NCBI GenBank assembly: GCA_965219085.1
Contig: OZ244720.1
Span: forward strand, 1,024,001-1,088,000
DNA length: 64,000 nt
From: Dehalococcoidia bacterium
Lineage (GTDB): Bacteria > Chloroflexota > Dehalococcoidia > UBA2979
Reading direction: 5' to 3'
The translations under genes were made by a program, and so were the position numbers. The first letter of the stretch is position 1. Every line of letters starts with the position of its first letter. This document shows, in pieces, positions 51,344-60,724 of this stretch. The notes under the pieces are model-generated. The model saw nothing but the letters and a program-made list of their open reading frames with translations. It was not told the DNA's origin and ran no database searches.

Positions 51344-51420
51344 CGCGCCTCGAACTGCTCGCCGCCGCACCGAACCCCGAGACCGACGAGGTCTACCTGC
51401 GCTACCGCGTCCGACGCTAG
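51340..51420 (+). repeat. 81-bp direct repeat of the RibD-like gene 3' end (other copy 49814-49894)
   Basis: 5 mismatches; the last 51 bp are identical. Confidence 0.95.
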
Positions 51421-51896
51421 CCCGACCCGGCCGCCGCGACCGCTGCCTCGCAGGCGTCGACGGCGGACGTGGCGTCCTCGACGCGGTGGATGGGGGCCTC
51501 CTCGCCGTCGCCGTCGCGCAGCTCCCACGTGCCGAGGCCGATCACCGGCCGGCCGCTGATGAGCGCGAAGGCGATCTCGGAGAGCGTGCCGAACTTGCCG
51601 TCGATGGCGATCACCGCCTCGCCCGCACGCGCGACGAGCACGTTGCGCGTGTAGCCGATGCCCGTCGGCAGCGGGATGTCGACGAACTCGTTGACGTCGC
51701 CCAAGTCGTCGCCGGGCAGGATGCCGACGGTGAGGCCGCCCGACTCCTTCGCCCCACGGCACGCCTCGCGCATGACGCCCGTGCGCCCGCCGCAGATGAG
51801 CACGTGCCCGCGCGCTCCAATCTCGCGTCCGACCTCGAACGCCAGCCGCGAAGCCTGTTCGTCCGCTTCCTGCCCGCCGATCACCGAGATGCGCAT
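51417..51896 (-). CDS. TIGR00725/SLOG (LOG-like) family protein
   Basis: LICGGRTGVMREACRGA, TGIGYTRN and GKFGTLSEIAFAL. Confidence 0.85.
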   Translation of the reverse strand: MRISVIGGQEADEQASRLAFEVGREIGARGHVLICGGRTGVMREACRGAKESGGLTVGILPGDDLGDVNEFVDIPLPTGIGYTRNVLVARAGEAVIAIDGKFGTLSEIAFALISGRPVIGLGTWELRDGDGEEAPIHRVEDATSAVDACEAAVAAAGSG

Positions 51897-51997
51897 CGTC
51901 CGCCCTGCCCTTCCTCGTCGGCCCGTTCGCGGGCGAGGGTAGCGGGGGGCGGCGTCGAGCGCCTGCGGCACGAGGGCGATGGCGGCTGTCGGCGGCG

Positions 51998-52957
51998 TCA
52001 GCGCAGGGGCAGGTCGAGCACGGTCACCAGGCCTCGACGCGTGTTCGGGATCACTCGCGCGGCCCGCAGCACCGCCGCGGCCGTGGCGTCGTCGCCGAAC
52101 ACGCCCCCGTCGAATCGAAGCTTGAGGGGTGGCGTGCCGTCCACGACGATCTCGTCGTACTCCTCATCGACCCCTGCGTTCGCCTCGAAGTGCAAGTCGA
52201 CGAAGCGGCCGTCGGACGCCGTTCCCCGGAGCGTCTCGAGTGTGCCCTGCACCGACTCCCGTCCCGCGTCCTGGCACGGAACCATGGCGTGCTGCCAGTC
52301 GGTGAGCGTCCAGCCGAGCGCGGTGGCGAGGAGCCGGGCCGACTCCACGAGCCCGACATGGCCGAAGCCTTCCGCGTCGCGCTTCGCTTCCCACTGCGCC
52401 GGCGACAGTCCCATCCCGACCTTCTGCTGGAAGGGCACGCGCCGCTTCGACGGATCCTGCACACGGCGCACCGAGACCGACTGGATGCTGTGTGAGATCG
52501 AGGCCAGCGAGGCGGGGAGCGCGTCCATCAGGAAGCCGGGATTCACGCCCGTCGCGACGACAGTGCGCTCGGCCTGTTGCGCCAGCCGATCGATTGCAGC
52601 GGCGATCTCCGCGTGCCGTTCGAGGGGGAACGTCAGCTCCTCGCAGGTCGAGACGATGTGCAAGCCCTGTCGCAACCCCTCCTCGATCTGCGGAGCGACC
52701 TTGTCGAGGTACGACCCCGTGCAGTGGATGAGAATGCCGCCGTCCAACCGGGCATCGACCCGGGCCGCTTCGACCGAGGGTTGGACGGTGACGTCCGGCG
52801 CCCCCTCGACGAAGTCCGCGAGCGGCCGTCCCACCATGTCGGGGTTGATCTCCACCGCGCCCACGACCTCGAGGAAGGGGTCGCTCATGGCCGCCTCGGC
52901 GATGCGCATGCCGATGGGCCCCAACCCCTGCACGATGACGGGCAGCGGTCTGTTCAT
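51998..52957 (-). CDS. NAD(P)-dependent dehydrogenase, dihydrodipicolinate reductase-like / 2,4-diaminopentanoate dehydrogenase family
   Basis: QGLGPIG, VSTCEEL, TGVNPGFLMD and GGVFGDDAT. Confidence 0.75.
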   Translation of the reverse strand: MNRPLPVIVQGLGPIGMRIAEAAMSDPFLEVVGAVEINPDMVGRPLADFVEGAPDVTVQPSVEAARVDARLDGGILIHCTGSYLDKVAPQIEEGLRQGLHIVSTCEELTFPLERHAEIAAAIDRLAQQAERTVVATGVNPGFLMDALPASLASISHSIQSVSVRRVQDPSKRRVPFQQKVGMGLSPAQWEAKRDAEGFGHVGLVESARLLATALGWTLTDWQHAMVPCQDAGRESVQGTLETLRGTASDGRFVDLHFEANAGVDEEYDEIVVDGTPPLKLRFDGGVFGDDATAAAVLRAARVIPNTRRGLVTVLDLPLR

Positions 52958-53094
52958 GTGCACCCTCCAGCGGTGGCGGGACGACACTCATAGTCTCCCC
53001 GCCCTCCGCCGAAGGCGCCAACGAGACCTCCTCGCCGGCCCGTTCGCGGGCGAGGGGAGCCGGGGGCGGCGGCGAACGTCTGTACCATGCAGCT

Positions 53095-53514
53095 ATGGTC
53101 GGCTATTCGGGGACACCGCTGCCGCGCAAGCTCGGCATCAAGCCCGGTCACCGGATGGCCCTGCTCCGCGCCCCCGAGGGTTTCGACGCCACGCTCGGCG
53201 AGATGCCGGAGGGCGTCGCGATGCGCCGCTCGGCGCGCGGGCCGCTCGACGTGATCGTGAGCTTCACCGGCAGCGAGCGTGAACTGCGGCGCCGCTTCGC
53301 CACGCTCGCGCGGGCGCTCGACCCGTCGGGCGGGCTGTGGATCGCGTGGCCGAAGCGCGCCTCGGGCGTGCCGACGGACCTCGACGGCAACGTGGTGCGC
53401 GAGGTCGGGCTCGCGCACGGCCTCGTCGACAACAAGGTGTGCGCGATCGACGAGACGTGGTCGGGGCTGCGGTTCGTGGTGCGCGTCGACCCGATGCCGG
53501 GCCGCCAGAACTAG
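53095..53514 (+). CDS. DUF3052-family protein
   Basis: GYSGTPLPRKLGIK, LWIAWPK and GLVDNKVCAIDETWSGLRF. Confidence 0.8.
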   Translation: MVGYSGTPLPRKLGIKPGHRMALLRAPEGFDATLGEMPEGVAMRRSARGPLDVIVSFTGSERELRRRFATLARALDPSGGLWIAWPKRASGVPTDLDGNVVREVGLAHGLVDNKVCAIDETWSGLRFVVRVDPMPGRQN

Positions 53515-54451
53515 TTCTGTCGTCGTCGGCCTTCTCGCTGCACACGCCACCGCAGCCACATCGCATATGCAATCAGGACGATGGGGACCAGCGCGACGGC
53601 CGCGACGACGGTGAACACGGCGGGCGGACTCGAGAGCCCATCCCACGGGCTGCTCTCGTCGCCGTCCCTGCCCGTTCCCCGCAGTGCCGATCCCGTTTCC
53701 GTCACCAGCTCGCTATCAGGCCCTTCAAGCACCAACACGCGAGTCATCAGCCGGCGCCTTCGGGCGACCAGACCAGAGGCCCGAACCCGCGGTCTACGCG
53801 CGATTCTGGCCCGCCCCTCCACATCCACCACGTACAGGTCCGTGCTGCCTGACTCCCCTTCCTCATCCCTCATGAACGCTATCCGCCGGCCGTCGGGTGA
53901 CCACGCCAACCGACTGCGCTGCACGCTCCACCCGGTCGTCCGTTCGGCCACCTGCCTCAGGTTCGAGCCGTCCGTACCAACGACATACAGCACCCCATCC
54001 AGCTCTCCCGGGAAGGCCAACCGCGTCCCGTCCGGCGACCACGCCGGCTCACTCTGCGAGACTCCGCCCTCCGTGAGCTGCTGCCGTGCCCTGTCACCCC
54101 CGCAGAAGAGCAGCCCAAGCCTGCCGTCGAGCTGCGCGGTCACGATGTCGTAGTTCCCCGCCCGCCCGCCGTTGCGCAGCGTGGCGTACGCCACCTGCGT
54201 CCCATCCGGGCGGATCACGTAGATGCTCCCGTCGCGCCCCCGCTGCCCGCCGTTCCACCGGAAGACGATCGCCGGCTCACCGCCAACGTAGCCCCAGGCG
54301 GGCCGTAGTGACCGGCGGCTTCTTCGCGACACGACCCGTAACCCGATTGGCCCCAGGGATCCGCCGGCTCGCCGCCACTAACCGTCGACAGCACCGGAAG
54401 CGCCATCACCGAGGCCGTCACCATCGCAACGATGTACACACTTCCCAGCAT
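53511..54451 (-). pseudogene. Degraded TolB-like (PD40 repeat) secreted protein
   Basis: PAWSPDGTRLAF and LAWSPDGRRIAF repeats. The signal-like start lies in another frame, implying frameshifts or deletions. Confidence 0.55.
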
Positions 54452-54609
54452 CAGGCGCCGCTCCGCTGCGAACCTAGTCCCGCCACGGCCTCGCGCAGCC
54501 CCGCGGCCACGCGGAGCGCGCGCTCGCGGATGCGCAGGTCGGCGGGTTGTTCCAGGCTGATCGTGTGCTCCTCGGCGCGCGCCGATGCTACGCGAAGAGC
54601 CCGCCCACG

Positions 54610-56943
54610 CTAGTCCAGCCGCGCCCGCCGCAGCCGCAGCGAGTTCGCCATCACCGAGACCGAGCTGAGCGCCATCGCGCCCGCCGCCACGATGGGGTTG
54701 AGGAAGCCGTGCTCCCCGAACACCGGGCGCAGCACCGTCGGCGTCGAGGCGCCGTCGAACAGCGCCGCCAGCGCGACGTAGCCGAGCCCGGCGGCGACCG
54801 GGATGAGCAGCGTGTTGTAGCCGAACGCCCACAGCAAGTTCAGGCGCATCGTCCGCATCGTCGCGCGGCTGAGCGCGATCGCCGCCGCGACGCCGCCGAG
54901 GTCGGCGCGCATGAGCGTGACCGGTGCGGCCTCCAACGCAACGTCGGAGCCACCGCCGATCGCGATGCCGACGTCGGCCTGCACGAGCGCGGGGGCGTCG
55001 TTGATGCCGTCGCCCGCCATCGCGACGCGTCGGCCCTCGTCCTGTAGCGCGCGCACCGCCGCCGCCTTCCCGTCGGGCAGCACCTCGGCAATGACGCGCT
55101 CGATGCCGGCTTCGCGCGCGATCGCCTCGGCGGTCTCGCGACGGTCGCCCGTGAGCATCACCGTCTCGATACCGAGTACGCGGAGCCGCGCCACCGCGGC
55201 GCGCGTGGTCGGCCGCAGCCGGTCGGCGACGGTGACGAGGCCCGCCGGTTGGCCGTCGAGCGCGACGAGCAGCGGCGTCTCGCCGCGCGCCGCCGCGTCG
55301 GTGGCCGCCTCGCGGAGCGCGCCGAGGTCGACCCCCTCGGCTTCGAGCAGCGCGACCGTCCCGGATACCACCGCACGCCCCTCGACGGTCGCGACGACGC
55401 CCATGCCGGGCTCGGCGCGGAAGTCGTCCGGCCATGCGAGGTCGAGGCCTCGTCGCTCCGCCTCGCGCGCGAGCGCCGAGGCGATCGGGTGCTCAGAGCC
55501 GCGCTCGGCCGACGCGAGGAGCCGTAACAGCTCTTCCTCGCCCGCGAGCGCGCCGGCCAGCGACTCGACCGTGACGACCTCGGGGCGGCCCTCGGTGAGC
55601 GTGCCGGTCTTGTCGAGCGCGACGGCGTCGACCTCGTGCGCCTGTTCGAGCGCGCGGGCGTCGCGAATGAGCACGCCTGCCTCGGCGCCACGGCCGATGC
55701 CGACGGCGATGGCCGTGGGTGTGGCGAGGCCGAGCGCGCACGGGCAGGCGATGATGAGCACGGTGACGGCGTTGATCAGCGCGAACGTCAGCGCAGGCTC
55801 GGGACCGAGCACCCACCAGCCGGCGAACGTCAGCGCAGCGACGACCAGCACGGCGGGCACGAACACCGCCGCCACCCGGTCCACCAGCGCCTGGATCGGC
55901 GCCTTCGAGGCCTGCGCGAACTCGACGAGCTTGGTGATGCGCGCCAGCGCCGAGTCGGCGCCGACGGCCGTCGCACGGAGTTGCAGCGCGCCCGTTGCGT
56001 TCAGCGTCGCGCCGTAGACCGCGTCGCCCGGCCGCTTCGCGACCGCCATCGACTCGCCGGTCAGCATCGACTCGTCGACGGCCGACGCGCCCTCGACCAC
56101 CTCGCCGTCGACGGGGAGCCGCTCGCCCGGCCGCACGACGACGATGTCGCCGGGCTGCACGGCGGCGATGGGGATCTCGTACTCCTCGCCGTCCTCCAAC
56201 ACCCGCGCGAGCGTCGGGCGCAGCTCGATGAGGCGGCGGACGGCCTCGGACGAGCTCGCCCTGGCGCGCGCCTCGAGCAGCCGGCCGAAGAGCACGAGCG
56301 CGACGATGGCGGCGGCTGTGTCGAAGTAGACGTTGGCGCGCAGCCCTGCCTCGGGTGCGAAGAGGCCGGGGGCGAAGGTCGCGAGCACCGAGTACCAGTA
56401 GGCCGCGGAGGTGCCGATGGCGATGAGCGTGTGCATGTCGGCGGTGCGGTGTCGCGCCATGCGCCACGCGGCGGCGTGGAAGCGCCAGCCCGCCCAGTAC
56501 TGCACCGGCGTGGCGAGGACGAAGAAGAGCGGGTGCCATACCTGGTCCGGCACCGCGTCGAGGCCCGGCAGGCGCGTGTACGCCATCGAGCCGACGAGTA
56601 GCGCGGCGATCACGCCGGCGAAGATGGTGCGGGTGCGCAGCGCGCGGTACTCGGCCCGCCGTTCGGCGTCGAGGCTGTCTCGCGCCTCGTCCTCGTCGGC
56701 GCCCTCGCCGGGCAGCCAGACGTCGTAGCCGGCCCTGGTGACCGCCTCGCGGAGCGCGGCGAGCGGCGTGCCCGAGGTGGCGACCATGGCCTCCTCGGTG
56801 GCGAGGTTCACGCTCGCCGCCTCGACGCCCTCCACGGCGACAAGCGCGCGCTCGACGCGCCGCACGCAGGAGGCGCAGGTCATGCCGCGCACGGGCAGCC
56901 GCAGCTCCTCGAGCGTGGCGGGGGCGGGGTGCTCAGTGGTCAT
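54610..56943 (-). CDS. copA: Copper-translocating P1B-type ATPase
   Basis: GMTCASC HMA domain, [24 protein letters not shown] and MALSS motifs. Confidence 0.93.
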   Translation of the reverse strand: MTTEHPAPATLEELRLPVRGMTCASCVRRVERALVAVEGVEAASVNLATEEAMVATSGTPLAALREAVTRAGYDVWLPGEGADEDEARDSLDAERRAEYRALRTRTIFAGVIAALLVGSMAYTRLPGLDAVPDQVWHPLFFVLATPVQYWAGWRFHAAAWRMARHRTADMHTLIAIGTSAAYWYSVLATFAPGLFAPEAGLRANVYFDTAAAIVALVLFGRLLEARARASSSEAVRRLIELRPTLARVLEDGEEYEIPIAAVQPGDIVVVRPGERLPVDGEVVEGASAVDESMLTGESMAVAKRPGDAVYGATLNATGALQLRATAVGADSALARITKLVEFAQASKAPIQALVDRVAAVFVPAVLVVAALTFAGWWVLGPEPALTFALINAVTVLIIACPCALGLATPTAIAVGIGRGAEAGVLIRDARALEQAHEVDAVALDKTGTLTEGRPEVVTVESLAGALAGEEELLRLLASAERGSEHPIASALAREAERRGLDLAWPDDFRAEPGMGVVATVEGRAVVSGTVALLEAEGVDLGALREAATDAAARGETPLLVALDGQPAGLVTVADRLRPTTRAAVARLRVLGIETVMLTGDRRETAEAIAREAGIERVIAEVLPDGKAAAVRALQDEGRRVAMAGDGINDAPALVQADVGIAIGGGSDVALEAAPVTLMRADLGGVAAAIALSRATMRTMRLNLLWAFGYNTLLIPVAAGLGYVALAALFDGASTPTVLRPVFGEHGFLNPIVAAGAMALSSVSVMANSLRLRRARLD

Positions 56944-56997
56944 GCGAAGATGCTAACGGGTTGACCCATTGCGCGTGCGTCCGGTAGACACAATCTC

Positions 56998-57243
56998 ATG
57001 AGAAAGCGTCTCGAAGTCCTCGTCGATGACGGTGAATACAGTGCGATCCGCGAGGCTTCTTGGAAGCAGCGGCTGACCGTGTCCGAATGGGTGCGTCGCG
57101 CTTTGCGACAGGCGCTGGCCGGCGAAGCTGATGCGGTCGAGACGAAGCTGGCCGCGATCGCCAACGCGTCGCGGCACGGTTTCCCGACGGCGGATATCGA
57201 GGTCATGCTCGACGAGATCGAGCGAGGGCGAGCCCTCCGCTAA
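56998..57243 (+). CDS. Orphan RHH antitoxin (no cognate toxin downstream)
   Basis: MRKRLEVLVDD..TVSEWVRRALR..FPTADIEVMLDEIERG. Confidence 0.65.
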   Translation: MRKRLEVLVDDGEYSAIREASWKQRLTVSEWVRRALRQALAGEADAVETKLAAIANASRHGFPTADIEVMLDEIERGRALR

Positions 57244-57472
57244 GCTAAGCCCGCATCCACCGATCGAAGCTTGACGGGGCGGGATGCCGGGCTACCCGAG
57301 AGTTCGGCGGGCGTGCCGGCGTTCGCCGGGCAGTGCCGGGGGCGGGCCGGAGCGAGGAGCCGTCGCTCAGCGCCGCTCGGGGGCGCTGAGGGCGCGGGCG
57401 CGAGGGTGCGCGAGGCGTGCGCGGGCATGCTGGCGCGAGGCTCGGACCCGGGGCCGGCGCTGTGAGCGGGCG

Positions 57473-57858
57473 TCAGGCCGGGAGCGGTATCGCCCGTAGT
57501 CGCGCGAGCGCGGCTGCCAGCTGCCCGGCCCAGGGCCAGCGCTTCGGGAGGTGCAGGGTCCAGCGCCGGGCGGAGTGGGTGAGCCGTCCGGCGAGAGCGA
57601 AGTAGCGCCGCCTGAGCGTCCTGGTCGTGACGATTCCCTCGCCGAGCCCCAGCCGCGCCGTCCAGCGGGCGAGGTTGTGCGCGATCACCTGCACCGCGAG
57701 CCACGCCGCGTTCGCGGCGAAGCGGCCCGAGGGGAGATGATTGAGCCCGACGCCGTACTTGAGGTCACGGATCGCGTTCTCGATCTCGGCGTGACGGCGA
57801 TGGTCGGCCTCGAGCTCCATCATCTCCCCCGGCGCGGTCGGTGATGGAGGCGTGGTAG
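57473..57858 (-). pseudogene. IS1380 transposase C-terminal fragment
   Basis: Continues ..TYS|YHASITDRAG..EMMELEADHRRHAEIEN after removal of the nested IS, with an extra G near 57826-57830. Confidence 0.85.
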
Positions 57859-57950
57859 ACCGTATGGAGTGACCGGCTCCGAGTTCGCAAACTCGCGGGT
57901 TACAGACGCGAGGCCACAGAGCCGCATACGAAAGGGAGCCGGTCAGGAAC

Positions 57951-58898
57951 ATGACTACCACATACGCAGGGATGGATGCACACGCCGCGACGATCCGGGT
58001 AGCGGTGCTGGCGCCGGGGGCCGAGCGGCCCGAGGAGTGGCAGCTGACGAACGAGCGGCGGTCGGTGAAGCGGCTCGCGCAACGCCTGAAGCGCATGGCG
58101 CCGGGGCCGGTCGTGGCCTGCTACGAGGCGGGGCCGGGGGGCTTCGCGCTACAGCGCCAGCTCGAGGCCGAAGGCATCGAATGCCGGGTGATCGCGCCGG
58201 CGCTGATCCCGATGCGGCCCGGCGACCGCGTCAAGACCGACCGCCGCGACGCCAGGAAGCCGGCGGAGCTGCTGCGCGCGGACCTGCTCACGGCGGTGCA
58301 TCCCCCGACCATCGACCAGGAGGCGGTGCGCGACCTCTGCCGGGCGCGCGAGGACGCCGTGACCGACCGCACGCGGGCGCGCCACCGCCTGGCGAAGCTG
58401 CTGCTGCGGCGCGGCATCGCCTACGACGGGCGGAACTGGACGCTGCGGCACCGCCGCTGGCTGCTGACGCTGCGCTTCGAACACCGGGCCGCGCAGGCCA
58501 CCTTCGACGACTACCTGCGCGCGCTCGAGGGCGTGGAGGAGCGGCTGCGCACGCTGGAGCAGGAACTGGCCGCGTGTGCCGCCAGCGACGACTACCGCGA
58601 GGCGGTGGGGCTGCTGCGCTGCTTCCGCGGGGTCGACACGGTGACGGCGATGACGGTGGGGGCAGCGCTGCGCAAGCGCCGCGAGGGCCAGCCGGGCTGG
58701 GCCGTGGTGCTGGCCGACCGCGCGCAGGCCCGGCTCTATCGCCGCCACCGGCGGCTGGCCGCTCACGGCAAGCCGTCGGTCGTGGCGAACACTGCCGTCG
58801 CCCGTGAACTCGCGGGCTACCTGTGGGCGGTGCTGCGGCGTATCCCCGCATCCGCGGGCGGGCCGAAGGTCGGCGCCCGGGAGCAGGCGGCGGCCTGA
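57951..58898 (+). pseudogene. IS110/IS1111 recombinase with an in-frame internal deletion of the Tnp20 domain
   Basis: GMDAH, CYEAG and KTDRRDA DEDD motifs are present. The sequence jumps from GVDTVTAMTV to GAALRKRREGQP and lacks the catalytic-serine (SSG) segment. Confidence 0.8.
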
Positions 58899-59115
58899 TA
58901 CCACGCGCCCGGTCCGTGGCGAGGGCGGAGACGGCGGTACGCCGTTCCGGAGCAGGAGAGGATGGATGAGCGAGGGCAGGCTCAGGAGGATGCGCGGTAC
59001 AGCTATGCGGCAGCGGCGCCCAGCGCCGTCAACCCGCGACGCTAGACGGCGACCCCTCCCGGCGAAGCACGGTCATGCGGCAAGGCCCGAGGCAACCCGA
59101 CGTTCCTATAGAGAG

Positions 59116-60375
59116 TCAAGGGAGCGATCCGGCAGCCTCCTGCGCGGCGTGAGCGGCGAGGCGATTCGGGACAGAGGGATGCCCCGCTTCCAACCCCGCC
59201 CGCGCTGATCCGGGATCCGTGGATGCCCGTGTTGGCTGCCGTGGGTGCTCGCCGTCCACAGACGCGGGGGGCCCGCCCTCACAGGCGCGGGGGGCGCCGG
59301 GAGTCGAGCCGGGCGACAGCTGCGTGGCGTATCGCGCCAGATCGGCAGTGAGCGTTCGATAGAGCTGGCGAGCGACATAGCGCTTCAGGCAGCGGATGAT
59401 CTCGCGTTTGGACTTACCCTCCGCAGTGCGCTTCGCCACGTAAGCTCTGGTGCGGGCGCAATAGCGCAGGCGGACGAGCACGATCCGGTACAGCGCGCTG
59501 TTGGCCTGCCGGTCGCCGCCCGGGTTCAGGCGATGTCGCTGCGTGCGCCCGGAGGACGCCTCGAGGGGCGCGGCGCCGCAGAGCCGTGCGAAGGCGGCCT
59601 CGCTCGACAGCCGTCCGATGTTCTCGCCGGGGGTGACGAGTAACTGCGCGGCGTTCACGATGCCGACACCGGGCAGTGCGAGGGAGCCGGGTGCGACCCT
59701 CTCCACAAGTGACCGCAGCGCCTGGTCGAGATCGGCGACCTCGCGGTCCAGCTCGGCGACGTGGTGAGCGACGCTGCGCAGCGCGAGCTTCGCGGCCTGT
59801 AGTGGTTGGTCGAGCCGGGCCCTGTCCGGACGGAATCGCGCGCACTGCCGCGCCTTCGCGGGCAGGGTCTGCTGCGGCAGCGCCTCGCGGAGTTCCGCCG
59901 GCGCCGTGGCGATCAGGTCGCGCAGCTGCAGCAGCGCCGCACTGCGGGCCTTGACCGCGGCTGAACGAGCATTTGCGAGGGTGCGGATCGACTCGACGAC
60001 ACCGTTCGTGGCCTTGGGCAGCACCTGCGCCGTACCCGCCAGCACCTGCCTCGCGGCGGCCTCGGCGTCGATCGGGTCTGACTTACCCTGGCGCCGGCGC
60101 GTGTGCCGGTGCGGCTGGCTGACCTCGCGCACATCCAGCCCCTGTGCGAGCAACCAGCGTGTGAGCCCGGCCCCGTAGGACGAGGCGCCCTCCACGGCGA
60201 TCGTCGCGATCGTGCCGAACGCCTCCAGCCACTGGTGCAACTCCCGGTAGCCCCGCGCGGTCGCTGGGAACTCGGCATCCCCGAGTCTCTCTCCTCGATC
60301 GTCGAGTGCGACTGCGTGGTGCGTGCGGGAGTGGGTATCCACCCCTCCGATGACACCGCTCCGCGTTTCCGGCAT
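59116..60375 (-). CDS. IS110-family recombinase (transposase)
   Basis: GGVDTH, VEGASSYG, KSDPIDA, EASSGR (catalytic Ser), HRLNPGGDRQANSAL and CLKRYVAR. Confidence 0.93.
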   Translation of the reverse strand: MPETRSGVIGGVDTHSRTHHAVALDDRGERLGDAEFPATARGYRELHQWLEAFGTIATIAVEGASSYGAGLTRWLLAQGLDVREVSQPHRHTRRRQGKSDPIDAEAAARQVLAGTAQVLPKATNGVVESIRTLANARSAAVKARSAALLQLRDLIATAPAELREALPQQTLPAKARQCARFRPDRARLDQPLQAAKLALRSVAHHVAELDREVADLDQALRSLVERVAPGSLALPGVGIVNAAQLLVTPGENIGRLSSEAAFARLCGAAPLEASSGRTQRHRLNPGGDRQANSALYRIVLVRLRYCARTRAYVAKRTAEGKSKREIIRCLKRYVARQLYRTLTADLARYATQLSPGSTPGAPRACEGGPPASVDGEHPRQPTRASTDPGSARAGLEAGHPSVPNRLAAHAAQEAAGSLP

Positions 60376-60399
60376 GCTCGCCGTACCTTCCTGCGGGGA

Positions 60400-60590
60400 G
60401 GTGTGTGACCGGGTCGTGGTGGGCGGACAGAACAGCGATGAGGCAACTCTGAGCCAGGTTCCTATGAGGTCACGCCACCCGCGGCCCGGTCACTTGGTGG
60501 ATGCGAGGAGGGCGGAGCCGACACGTCGGATTGAGGACACCGCTCGCGGTGGGTCAGCGAATATCTAGGTCAGGCTCCGTCCTTCTCGCT
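60400..60590 (-). ncRNA. Putative bridge RNA of the inner IS110 (target-binding and donor-binding loops)
   Basis: Stems at 60573-60579/60513-60519 and 60485-60493/60405-60413 enclose guide segments that match the target flanks and the element ends. Confidence 0.75.
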
Positions 60591-60724
60591 GTGAGTATCT
60601 TCGCTGCGAATATCAGAGTGACACGTCGTCGAAGCAGCGCCCTCGTTCGTCCATCTCCCCCCGTTCCGGAGCCGGATCGCCACGACCACCGCCGGTGCTG
60701 CTTGACAGCCGGTCACTCCATATC

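Larger units (their letters stand above)
59100..60606 (-). mobile_element. Intact IS110-family element inserted into the outer element's non-coding RNA region
   Basis: Excision restores caacccgcgaatatcagagtga. The right end reads TTGACtctctataggaacgtc on the minus strand. No inverted repeats or target duplication. Confidence 0.85.
58961..60655 (+). ncRNA. Putative seekRNA/bridge RNA of the IS1111-type element, split by the inner IS (pieces about 58961-59099 and 60607-60655)
   Basis: Closing stem gatggatgagcgagggc (58961-58977) pairs with gccctcgttcgtccatc (60639-60655). Internal segments match the target site and the element ends. Confidence 0.65.
57859..60724 (+). mobile_element. IS1111-type IS110-family element inserted in the IS1380 transposase gene
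   Basis: 16-bp sub-terminal inverted repeats tatggagtgaccggct (57863-57878) and agccggtcactccata (60707-60722). AG core at both junctions and a long non-coding region downstream of the transposase. Confidence 0.85.

Noticed and set aside
59100-60724. Junction promoters formed on circularisation of the two IS110-family elements
   Set aside because: -35-like hexamers are present (TTGACA at 60702-60707; TTGACT on the minus strand at 59114-59119), but I could not place a convincing -10 box at canonical spacing.
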